From Bacteroidota bacterium (GTDB taxonomy: Bacteria; Bacteroidota; Bacteroidia; Bacteroidales; VadinHA17), in NCBI GenBank assembly GCA_037127735.1, contig JBAXXU010000005.1:3700-67699 (forward strand): a stretch of DNA of 64,000 bases. Direction: 5' to 3'. A program made the position numbers and the translations under genes. The notes beneath the pieces are model-generated. The model ran no database searches. It was not told the origin of the DNA and saw nothing but the letters and a program-made list of their open reading frames with translations. Shown piece by piece: positions 1-9,144 of the stretch (position 1 is its first letter; each line of letters starts with the position of its first letter).

Positions 1-104
1 CGAGGAAAGCTCCCCTTTTCAAAAGTAACCCTACTATTGAATTCACGATGGGTTTAAATATCCAAATTGATAAATCAAAACTTCCGAAGAAAAGCCACTG
101 GTAA
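1..104 (+). CDS. 3' end of a gene truncated by the window; possibly PorP/SprF-family T9SS membrane protein
   Basis: Frame 3 is open from the window start to TAA at 102-104 (..KSNPTIEFTMGLNIQIDKSKLPKKSHW*). It lies just upstream of a PD40 protein, a common PorP/PorE-like arrangement. Confidence 0.35.
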   Translation, partial: RKAPLFKSNPTIEFTMGLNIQIDKSKLPKKSHW

Positions 105-126
105 ACCCCGCTATTAATATTTTGAA

Positions 127-1536
127 ATGAGAAAACTACCCGTAATAGTATTATTTTTCTTCATCATCCCTGGGCTTTTCACTTCAGTAACAACCCAAAA
201 GGAACTTAATCATATTCTGAATTTTGATTCTTTATGGAAGATTGAACATGATACCATAGGTCTTATCAATCTTATTGAAGCAGACTCTTTTGATCTGACT
301 ATTTTACAACCCTCTTCCGGTGTTCAGTTCTATAAAGATGGTATTGTATTTCTCTCGATGACGAAGAACGAAGAAAAAATGTTGCCGGACCAAATCTCAT
401 TTGGAGGTCTTGAAGCATATTTTGCTATCCCTGAGGATTCTGTTTTAGGAAAACATCTGATTTTTTCTCCATGGTCTTCCTTTTCATATCCCTGCGAAGC
501 TATTACCTTCAGCCCTTCCTTTAATACAATGTATTTCACCAAGCTAAATAAAAAAAAGAGCAGGGAAAAGATATATAAAGCAATTTTTACTTCAAATGAC
601 AAAAATCAGGCAGGTTGGTTGTCAGAAATAATTCCCCTGGATTTTTGCACAGATAACGCAACATATTCTCATCCCACATTATCGGCTGATGAGAAAATGT
701 TGATTTTTGCTTCTGATAGGCAAGGTACTCTCGGTGGAATGGATCTATTTATCACAAGGAGTGATGACAATAAATGGTCTTCTCCGGAAAATCTTGGCAT
801 GTTAATAAATACACCGGGTAATGAGTTTTTCCCTTTTCTTGATTCGGATAACAACTTGTTCTTCTCATCTGACGGACTTCCCGGATATGGCGGGTATGAT
901 ATCTTTACCTGCAAATTCAATGGAGAAAACTGGGATAAACCAATAAATCTTTCACATCGTATAAACACTGCGAATGATGATATCGCGTTTACAATTAACA
1001 AAACAGATGGGAAGAGCGCTTTTTATACAAGACGACAAAATACCGGCAAAACTGAAATGCAATTATTCAGAGTCGCCATTAATAATAAAGTTGCAGATAG
1101 TAACCCTTTAACCATTTCTTATATTTTTAATGGTAAGCCTGAATTCAAAGTCGTCTCAACGGAAGAAAAAATGGTTGCCAATGTTAAGCTTGTTGAAGTA
1201 GAACCGGAAAAACCGGCAAAACCGCTTGTTATGGTTGATACAATAAAGTCGGTTCCAGAGGAAAAAAAGGTGATCAATGATACTATTGTATATAAAGTTC
1301 AGATTCTATCGAGTACAGCCCCTAAAGGTAAATATCAGATTACTGTTAATAATAAACTTTATGATACTGAAGAGTATTACTATCTGAGAGAATACCGACA
1401 TACTATAGGTGAATTCAAATCTTTTTCAGATGCAGTTAAATTTCAGAATGATTGCAGAAAATCGGGGTATTCTGTGGCTTTTGTAGTAGTGTTTAAAAAT
1501 AATATCAGGTCTTTAGACCCCAAATTGTTTAAATAA
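127..1536 (+). CDS. Secreted PD40/TolB-like beta-propeller protein with C-terminal SPOR-like domain
   Basis: N-terminal signal peptide; PD40 motifs HPTLSAD..FASDR.G..GGMDLF, INTPGNEFFPF, FSSDGLPGYGGYDIF; C-terminal YKVQI...GEF.SF.DA......RKSGY..AFVV. Confidence 0.75.
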   Translation: MRKLPVIVLFFFIIPGLFTSVTTQKELNHILNFDSLWKIEHDTIGLINLIEADSFDLTILQPSSGVQFYKDGIVFLSMTKNEEKMLPDQISFGGLEAYFAIPEDSVLGKHLIFSPWSSFSYPCEAITFSPSFNTMYFTKLNKKKSREKIYKAIFTSNDKNQAGWLSEIIPLDFCTDNATYSHPTLSADEKMLIFASDRQGTLGGMDLFITRSDDNKWSSPENLGMLINTPGNEFFPFLDSDNNLFFSSDGLPGYGGYDIFTCKFNGENWDKPINLSHRINTANDDIAFTINKTDGKSAFYTRRQNTGKTEMQLFRVAINNKVADSNPLTISYIFNGKPEFKVVSTEEKMVANVKLVEVEPEKPAKPLVMVDTIKSVPEEKKVINDTIVYKVQILSSTAPKGKYQITVNNKLYDTEEYYYLREYRHTIGEFKSFSDAVKFQNDCRKSGYSVAFVVVFKNNIRSLDPKLFK

Positions 1537-1563
1537 AATTTACTTACAGATAATTCACATAAA

Positions 1564-4500
1564 TTACCCACTTTGTCTGTCTGATTTTGCAAACCGCAGG
1601 TTTTCAGAATATGTAACTATTTTTTGCAAAACATTAAAATACAAGGCAGTGTACAAAAACAGGGTAACAACCCATAAAACAATTTCATTAAACCAAAATG
1701 TGTCGATCTTAAGATTTCCGACTTGTTTATATGGAGCATAAAACTGAGCACGGCCATACTTTGAAAGTGGCTTCATGTAAGCAGGCTCATATTTCTGGAC
1801 TATTTTGTTTTGTATTATAACCGATTTATTAATATTAAGCCTGTTGAGAACAAGGTCCTCAAGACTTTTATTATAATAATTGTCCTTCAGCCCCATGAAT
1901 TCCTTTTCACCTATTTTTTTAACAATTGATTTATATACAGAATCTTGCAGGTCAGATGAATTTTTACTTATTCCTCTGAATTTTTTTGTAAGGAGATCCA
2001 GATAATTTAAAGACACATGAAGAGCTGCAGAATCCAAACTTTCCACGTTTAGTGCAGGTTTCAGATTATCAGGGATTTTAATTTCAGCTATACCTGACAA
2101 ATAATTTAAATAATATTTTAATCTGTTAAAGCTGTTACTCAATTCACTGCTTCCTATTTCTGCATTCTGGCACCTCTTAATATCTTTCTTCATTTCATAC
2201 ATCAGATAATCAGCATACCATATATTCTGGCTTGCTGTCATTTTATAATTGAAAAAGTTCCTTTCAAATTTGTTTTTTGTAAATTGTTCAACGGCAAGCG
2301 CTTCAAACGACCATCGTAGTGGCATCATATCACCGATGACGGGAACAAATTCACTGGAAGTAAAGCTGCCCTGATGAAGCCGGTCGAATTTCACTGAAAA
2401 ACCGCTGAATAATAACTGGGGAATAATAATACAGGGGATAAGGCTATAAATTGTTATTACTGAATTAAATGCCGATGAAATATTCAGACCAAGCATATTT
2501 GCCACACAAGAGGTTGTAAATAATACAAACCAGTATGAAAAAGTCATCCCCTTAATCTCGAGGATGAAGTTACCAATCAGAATAAAAGTTATTGTCTGAA
2601 TTGCTGATATTAAAAACATTATCATGACCTTTGAATTCAGGTAACTGAACCAGCTGAGATTAAGAAATGACTCACGCTTAAGTATTTTTCTGTCCTTCAC
2701 GATTTCTTCCGCACTGATTATCAGACCCAGGAAGAGAGATGTAATAACAGACATAAAAAGATAAGCCGGCAGGTTTTCGTTTTCGCTGAAAAGGTACTTT
2801 CCGTTAGTGGAATATTTAGTAAAATATGCAAGAATAAAAGCCAAAAGAGGTGCTATAAGAAGCATGATCAGAATATTTTGTCTGTTCGCCAGTTTAGACA
2901 AGATATCGCGTATAAAAAAAATCTTTGCCTGTTTTATCAGACCAGGGATGCTATAAAAATTTTCAGGAAGAAGCCGGTTCTCCCTGAAAGTTTTTTGTTT
3001 TGTTTTTTCTGCTATCCCGTCAAATTTTTCAGCCCATTCCCGCGGTGTGACTTTCCGGATATGAGTATGTTTCCCATTCTCGTTGACAACTTTGGCCTCT
3101 ATTATCTGAAGCAACTGGTCAGAGTTAATATTTCCACATGTAATACATTGGTCTTCATCAGCATTGGCGTAACCTGCCTTTGTTTTAAAATATACTATTG
3201 CTTGCGAAGGGTTACCATAAAAAATCTGATATCCCCCTTTGTCGATAATCATAATTTTATCGAACATTTTGTAAAGATCGGATCCCGGCTGATGAATATT
3301 GATAATAACCAGTTTTCCCCTGTATGTCTGCTCTTTTAGTAAATTCATCACTATTTCAGAATCGACTGAAGAAAGACCTGACGTAGGTTCATCAACAAAG
3401 AGGATTGTTGGTTCCCTGATTAATTCAAGGGCAATATTCAATCTTTTCCTCTGCCCCCCGCTTATCACCTTATTCAGGCTGTTGCCTACTTTCAGGTTCC
3501 TGATCTCATCGAGGTCCAACTCTATAAGAGCCTTATTCACAACAGCTTCCAGATCAACTTCGGAAAGATTATCCAGGCACATTTTAGCGTTGTAATAAAG
3601 ATTCTGATAAACTGTAAGTTCCTCAATCAACAGATCGTCCTGTGGTACAAATCCAATAACCCCTTTTAAATGGGTTTTTTCCTTTTCGGAATAGAGATTA
3701 AACCCATTTATCAGCACTTCACCGCTTTGCGGCTTTGTAATTCCACTCAAAACATTCAAAATGGTGGTTTTCCCAACTCCGCTTCCCCCTAAGATACCTA
3801 CCAGGTTACCCGATTCTTCATAGAAATTAAACCTTTGAATTCCATATTCACTGTTCTTAAACTTCAGGCAAACATCGGTAGCATCTATTGATATCTTAAG
3901 TTTGAATGTCTCATCAGTGAAAACACTTGTAATGTCATTGTAATATATTGTATCTATTCCTGAACCCCTGATAGTCGATCCGTGATCAAATGTATAGGTC
4001 TGATCAGGAAAAATATTCTGCCCGTTCAAAAAGAGGTCATCTTTTCCTGAATACCTCAAAATATATTTATTTGTGCTTTCTAAATAAAGCAGAAAAATCC
4101 TTTCCCTTAGATTTTCCTTAAATAAATGTTTCACTCCCTCAGGTTCACAATCATCCTTATTATCAATTATCATTACTCTGTTTTTCTCAGGGACATCATT
4201 AACGGAATTCAGTATAAAATTTTTAATATTACCGTATTCTGCCTGTGGTACATTAAATGCTGTCGATACAGTCTCGAGGAAATCCAGTTCATTCTCAGTT
4301 ATTTCAGCGCCGAACAATATAAAATCCATGAGCTGGACCAAAACATACATTTTTTGCTTTTGATCCAACTCTGCATTTATCTTTTCACATATTCCTAAAA
4401 TCCTGACAGAATTAAGAGAGGTGCGTTTCTTGTCCCTGATACTGCCCCTTGCAATATTTTCCGAATTGTATAGTACAAGGTTTTCATCAAACATTGTCAT

Positions 4501-4647
4501 ATACCTTTTCACCAATTCATTGTTCAGTTGACGCGATAGAAATAACCTTACAATATCCTTTTCCCTGCCTGATATCTTCCTGATATCGTGAACGTCACTT
4601 ATCAATGCAAATAATTGTATCAGTGCTTTTAATATCGGTTCAATCAT
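1564..4647 (-). CDS. ABCG-type (NBD before TMD) ABC transporter with N-terminal TerB-like and FHA-like regions
   Basis: Walker A GGSGVGKTT, Q-loop VPQDD, signature ISGGQRKR, Walker B LFVDE, IHQP, ABC-2 type membrane domain. Start set at ATG 4647 by comparison with the paralog at 36749-39862. Confidence 0.85.
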   Translation of the reverse strand: MIEPILKALIQLFALISDVHDIRKISGREKDIVRLFLSRQLNNELVKRYMTMFDENLVLYNSENIARGSIRDKKRTSLNSVRILGICEKINAELDQKQKMYVLVQLMDFILFGAEITENELDFLETVSTAFNVPQAEYGNIKNFILNSVNDVPEKNRVMIIDNKDDCEPEGVKHLFKENLRERIFLLYLESTNKYILRYSGKDDLFLNGQNIFPDQTYTFDHGSTIRGSGIDTIYYNDITSVFTDETFKLKISIDATDVCLKFKNSEYGIQRFNFYEESGNLVGILGGSGVGKTTILNVLSGITKPQSGEVLINGFNLYSEKEKTHLKGVIGFVPQDDLLIEELTVYQNLYYNAKMCLDNLSEVDLEAVVNKALIELDLDEIRNLKVGNSLNKVISGGQRKRLNIALELIREPTILFVDEPTSGLSSVDSEIVMNLLKEQTYRGKLVIINIHQPGSDLYKMFDKIMIIDKGGYQIFYGNPSQAIVYFKTKAGYANADEDQCITCGNINSDQLLQIIEAKVVNENGKHTHIRKVTPREWAEKFDGIAEKTKQKTFRENRLLPENFYSIPGLIKQAKIFFIRDILSKLANRQNILIMLLIAPLLAFILAYFTKYSTNGKYLFSENENLPAYLFMSVITSLFLGLIISAEEIVKDRKILKRESFLNLSWFSYLNSKVMIMFLISAIQTITFILIGNFILEIKGMTFSYWFVLFTTSCVANMLGLNISSAFNSVITIYSLIPCIIIPQLLFSGFSVKFDRLHQGSFTSSEFVPVIGDMMPLRWSFEALAVEQFTKNKFERNFFNYKMTASQNIWYADYLMYEMKKDIKRCQNAEIGSSELSNSFNRLKYYLNYLSGIAEIKIPDNLKPALNVESLDSAALHVSLNYLDLLTKKFRGISKNSSDLQDSVYKSIVKKIGEKEFMGLKDNYYNKSLEDLVLNRLNINKSVIIQNKIVQKYEPAYMKPLSKYGRAQFYAPYKQVGNLKIDTFWFNEIVLWVVTLFLYTALYFNVLQKIVTYSENLRFAKSDRQSG

Positions 4648-4718
4648 AAGTTTAAATTGTTGATGCTTTACATGAAAAACATTTATTAACAATGAAACAA
4701 TTCTTATTATAAAACATT

Positions 4719-4877
4719 ATGACTATCGGCAATCATGAATAAGAAATTGCAAATCGATTGAAAATCAATTTATTTACCCCAGCCCCAAGGGGAGTAAATT
4801 GATTTTCTTCGCACCCCATGGGGTCGGGATAAACGAAGAAAATCAATAGATCTTTTTTCATGATTGCCGATACTCAT
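4719..4877. mobile_element. MITE/REP-doublet-like palindromic element
   Basis: 21-bp terminal inverted repeats with one mismatch (4719-4739 / 4857-4877); internal perfect 14-bp IR attgattttcttcg (4798-4811 / 4834-4847). Confidence 0.7.
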
Positions 4878-4885
4878 TTAAAACA

Positions 4886-4893
4886 TATCTTTG
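4886..4893 (+). promoter_or_regulatory. Bacteroidota -7 promoter element (TATCTTTG) upstream of the SiaB-SiaC fusion
   Basis: Matches the TAnnTTTG consensus. Confidence 0.45.
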
Positions 4894-5024
4894 CTTATGG
4901 CTATTCAAATTAATAATATTTTATGTGCCCTGAAAAATATTTCAGGGGTTTCATGAACAACGATGACTTTATTTGGTTTATTCTTAAGTATTTATTCTAT
5001 AAATATAAGATTAAGATTAAGTAT

Positions 5025-5936
5025 ATGCCCGAATCAGGTATTATCCTGGATTATAGCGGTCCAGTGGATTTAAAGGTAATAGAATTACTTTTAATAAAGC
5101 TCAAAAGAACAGAGGAATTTACAACTTTAAATAAAACAACCGGGAAAAGGGTTTATGCTCTTGTCGTCGAGTGCCTGGAGAATATTTCTCAAAATCCGGT
5201 ATTGGCATTATCCGACGATCCCGGAATATACACCCATATCTCTGTCAGGCGGGAAAATGACAAGGTATTTATTACAGCCGGTAATCCTATACAAGGAAGT
5301 ACAAAAGACAACCTGGCCAGAAGACTCGATAACTTGAATAGCATGGATGAATTTGCTTTGAGAACTTTACATGAAAATATTCTTAAAAGTGAGTCAAAGA
5401 ATGGTGAAAACGGAGCCGGGCTTGGTTTAATTACTATGGCTTTGAAATCGGGAAATAAGATAGATTACAGCTTTGAACCCCTGATAAATGGCTATTTATA
5501 TTTTGAGATTAAAATTTCCTTAAATAAGTATATCATGCGAAAGTTGATTATTGACAAAACATTTGGTACTCCAAACGTCATACTTGATCCTGAAAAAAAA
5601 ATCTATCTGATTTCAGGTGAATCAAGGCCTCCTGATGTCAGGGAGTTTTATCAACAGATTCTATCATGGATGGAAGAATTTGGTTCATATCTCATCAAAT
5701 CGGAAGATAAAAAAGATCCGGTTGTGTTCAACTTTAATTTTGGATACTTTAATTCATCATCCGGAAAATTAATCCTTGATATTTGTAAGGTTTTAGCAGG
5801 TTTCCGTTTGAAGGGGTTTAATGTTATCGTTAACTGGCATCATGAAAAAGAAGATGTGGACATGCGCGAGGCGGGAAAAGAGTTCTCGAAAATTGTTAAG
5901 TTCCCTTTTGAATTTATTGAATCAGTGGTAAACTAA
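5025..5936 (+). CDS. SiaB-family kinase fused to SiaC (DUF1987) domain
   Basis: N-half has ECLENI and GAGLGLI (GHKL-like N/G boxes typical of SiaB). C-half from Met at 5535 has TP.V..D, ISGESRP, YFNSSS, WHH..ED.DM.E.G.EF typical of DUF1987. One continuous frame; the ORF could start as early as 4923. Confidence 0.8.
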   Translation: MPESGIILDYSGPVDLKVIELLLIKLKRTEEFTTLNKTTGKRVYALVVECLENISQNPVLALSDDPGIYTHISVRRENDKVFITAGNPIQGSTKDNLARRLDNLNSMDEFALRTLHENILKSESKNGENGAGLGLITMALKSGNKIDYSFEPLINGYLYFEIKISLNKYIMRKLIIDKTFGTPNVILDPEKKIYLISGESRPPDVREFYQQILSWMEEFGSYLIKSEDKKDPVVFNFNFGYFNSSSGKLILDICKVLAGFRLKGFNVIVNWHHEKEDVDMREAGKEFSKIVKFPFEFIESVVN

Positions 5937-5992
5937 TTCATCTGCAAACATTGTAAATGAATAATCATCAGTTCGCAAAACCATAGATAACA

Positions 5993-7960
5993 ATGTGGTC
6001 ACAAGTAATATATAACAATGATTACCAGTTAATTCATGACAAATCCCCTGACCGGAAGAAGTATAAAAAATTCTATATTGACCCGATTGCAGAAGGTCTG
6101 TATAAAGATTTTCAGCACTTAAACAATCAACATAAATATTCTGATACACTAAATAAAGAGTTCAGGGAACTAACAAAAACAGAGAAATCTTTTTGGTACG
6201 ACTTTGTATCAGAAATGCCAAAAAAAATTCAGGCACTGAATTTTTTTATACGCCCGTTCGAAGATTTTTGCAGGACATGTATAATAACAAATAGTGACAT
6301 TGACACACTTGTCCGGATGGACTATGATCGTTACTGCAGAGTATCAACTTCAAGGTATTTGACCAACTCCGGTAACATAACAAAAAAAAGAAAAGTTTCC
6401 CCATCTCTGAAATCCTTTCAGGGAACAATTAAAGACTGGAAGAGCTTCTCCCTCGAAATGAACTATTTAATTCCTGCCCAACTAAAAAAAATCGGGTATG
6501 AGATTATCCGGCCTGAGGAGGCTGCCGAAATTCAAATGGTACTGGTTAAAAAACTTGCAAGGGCCATTCATTCAAGATATTTACATGAGATACGAAATCA
6601 AAACAGAAATGCTAATAATTATGTTTTTAATAACACCAAAAATTCCGGGAATCAATATGCTACCGATTTTGATGATCTGCCTGACGAGATAAAATATTCT
6701 AATATTGATAATGCGGCACATATTCCAACAAAATTATTGTCAATCGGGTATAAGATCAGACAAGTTAAAAAAGATTATAAACCTTTTGCTCTCCATCTGA
6801 ATGAAGAAGAAATTGAAACTATGGCCAGGGTAGAACACATAAGGTGGAGTTGGGAAAAGAGACTAAATGGCTGGAGCTTCGGTACCATTAAAGACAATAT
6901 AAAGAAAACACATCCGGGCTTAATCCCGTTTGAAGAATTGAGCGAACCAGAAAAAGAAAAGGATCGCGAACTCGTGAAATTAATTCCCGCTTTTTTACAG
7001 GATATTGACTATGAAGCTTTTCCTGTTTCAACCAACCTGATTAAAAAATTATCATACGCATTAAAACCGCAGAGTAGTATCCAGAAAATTTTAGATGAAA
7101 CCAGAAAATTAAATCATCAGATCAGGAACCTGGTCACGTTGACTCCTGCAGTAGAAGATATGGTCGCGATCAGGAATAATATGATTGAAGAAGCCATATC
7201 TGAGGTGGAGGAGAGTTATAACTATGCACAACACATACAGGAAACATTTTTACCGGATGACCATTATGTAAGGGAATGTTTCCCTGATAGTTTTATATTA
7301 TTTAAACCACAAGATCTGATAAGCGGAGATTTCTATTTTTTCAGTAAACGTGCCGATTTAATAATATTTGCTGCTGCCGATTGCACCAGTCACGGGATTC
7401 CGGGGGCACTGCTGAGTACTATAGGTTATGGGATTCTCGACCAGGCTGTTAATGAAATAAAAATGACTGAACCATCTCATATTTTACATCATTTATACTA
7501 CAAGATACACCGGTTTCTTCGAAATGATAAAAAAGGAGGAGGACTTCCGGATGATATGGATATCATTCTTTGTATATTGGATACAAGTACCAACATACTT
7601 ACATACTCCGGAGTTAAGAATCCCATATACTGCATTAAAAAAGGTGAACTTTTTGAATACCGGGCTAATAACTTCAACGGAATTGGTGATGAGGATGGTG
7701 TATGTCAATTCATGTCAGAAAAGATACAGATGAACATAGGAGACACAATATACTTATGTTCAGATGGTTATGCTGACCAGCTTGGCGGGAAGAATCATAA
7801 GAAATATCAAACCGGAAGATTTAAGAGCTTCTTACAGAGTATCAGGGAGTTCTCAATGTCAGAACAAAGTGACAAGTTATACGAAGAGATTGAACAGTGG
7901 AGGGAAGAAAATAATGAAAACCAGACTGATGATATTCTGATTATTGGAATCAGGATATAA
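5993..7960 (+). CDS. RyR-repeat-containing SpoIIE/PP2C protein phosphatase (SiaA-like)
   Basis: RyR motif MARVEHIRW..EKRLNGWSFG..KD..KKTHPGLIPFEELSE.EKEKDR; PP2C motifs SGDFY, ADCTSHGIPGA, SDGYADQ, QTDDI. Confidence 0.85.
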   Translation: MWSQVIYNNDYQLIHDKSPDRKKYKKFYIDPIAEGLYKDFQHLNNQHKYSDTLNKEFRELTKTEKSFWYDFVSEMPKKIQALNFFIRPFEDFCRTCIITNSDIDTLVRMDYDRYCRVSTSRYLTNSGNITKKRKVSPSLKSFQGTIKDWKSFSLEMNYLIPAQLKKIGYEIIRPEEAAEIQMVLVKKLARAIHSRYLHEIRNQNRNANNYVFNNTKNSGNQYATDFDDLPDEIKYSNIDNAAHIPTKLLSIGYKIRQVKKDYKPFALHLNEEEIETMARVEHIRWSWEKRLNGWSFGTIKDNIKKTHPGLIPFEELSEPEKEKDRELVKLIPAFLQDIDYEAFPVSTNLIKKLSYALKPQSSIQKILDETRKLNHQIRNLVTLTPAVEDMVAIRNNMIEEAISEVEESYNYAQHIQETFLPDDHYVRECFPDSFILFKPQDLISGDFYFFSKRADLIIFAAADCTSHGIPGALLSTIGYGILDQAVNEIKMTEPSHILHHLYYKIHRFLRNDKKGGGLPDDMDIILCILDTSTNILTYSGVKNPIYCIKKGELFEYRANNFNGIGDEDGVCQFMSEKIQMNIGDTIYLCSDGYADQLGGKNHKKYQTGRFKSFLQSIREFSMSEQSDKLYEEIEQWREENNENQTDDILIIGIRI

Positions 7961-8022
7961 GATTTCCCATTCACATAAAATATACTTAATTGCCAAACAA
8001 CAGATGGAAGAAGCAGGAGACC

Positions 8023-9033
8023 ATGACAAAAAGAAAACATGACTTGCTGATCATTTTAATTATTGTACAAGCCGTGTGGGGCATATCATTTTTAAACAAA
8101 GATGATTTTTTCTCAATTATTATCCTGCCCGATACTCAATATTATTCTTCCAGATACCCTGACATTTTTTATCAGCAAATGGAATGGATAGTGGAGAATA
8201 AAGGCCTCCTTAATATCCAATATGTTGTTCATGTAGGCGATATTACAGACAACAATAAAGAATACGCGTGGGAAGTTGCCGGCACATCTTTTAAAATCCT
8301 GGAAAATGCCGGAATTCCATATTCCATCGTCTGTGGAGATAATGATATTAAAAACCCTGATAAAAACAATTATGACGGTACCCGCCATACAGATTTATTA
8401 AACAAGTATTTCCCGGTATCGCGGTTTGATAAACCTGATTCGTGGTGGAGAGGCGGATTCTTTGAACCGGGGAAAATTGATAACTATTATTGTCTTTTTA
8501 AATACAAGGATACCAAATTTATGATCATGAACCTCGAGATAGCTCCCCGAAGCGCGGTTTTGAAATGGGCAGACGATGTTATTTCCCAAAATGGTTCAAG
8601 AAAAGTTTTTTTAGTTACTCATGATTATATTGACAATAACGGAAAACGGCTTGACGATCTTAAAAGTTTTGGAATGGATGGCAGGGATATATCGGGTAAA
8701 CTTAAGGGGAACAATGCAGAGGCTGTATTTGAAAAACTTATTAAAAATAACCCAAATATTCTCATGGTATTATGTGGACATAAAGAAGGGACATACGAAA
8801 GAACCGTAAAAATAAAGATTTCAAAGGATTCCGAAAAAACCAGAAAAGTGTTCGAAATTCTGCAAGACTTTCAGGATGAGAAATTAAAAGGATCTGATGA
8901 AAAATCAGGTAAAGGATTACTTCGCGTTTTAAAGGTTTATCCTGAAAAAAACGAATTTGTGCTATCAACGGTAAGCGCTTTGACGGGAAAAACAAAAGAT
9001 GATGAAATCCGCTTATCGTCAGGAAAAAACTGA
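8023..9033 (+). CDS. Calcineurin-like metallophosphoesterase, probably exported or membrane-anchored
   Basis: Motifs LPDTQ, HVGDI, GDND (GNHD position), VTH, LCGH; N-terminal hydrophobic segment. Confidence 0.75.
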   Translation: MTKRKHDLLIILIIVQAVWGISFLNKDDFFSIIILPDTQYYSSRYPDIFYQQMEWIVENKGLLNIQYVVHVGDITDNNKEYAWEVAGTSFKILENAGIPYSIVCGDNDIKNPDKNNYDGTRHTDLLNKYFPVSRFDKPDSWWRGGFFEPGKIDNYYCLFKYKDTKFMIMNLEIAPRSAVLKWADDVISQNGSRKVFLVTHDYIDNNGKRLDDLKSFGMDGRDISGKLKGNNAEAVFEKLIKNNPNILMVLCGHKEGTYERTVKIKISKDSEKTRKVFEILQDFQDEKLKGSDEKSGKGLLRVLKVYPEKNEFVLSTVSALTGKTKDDEIRLSSGKN

Positions 9034-9144
9034 CAGATCTTTGAAACACAGATACCGGTGTGAGGTTCCAGAAGTTCAAAAATTTGAAAAAGAAGCAATA
9101 ATGTATTGAAGATCTTAAAGGAAAAAACTCTAATCTCTCTGATT

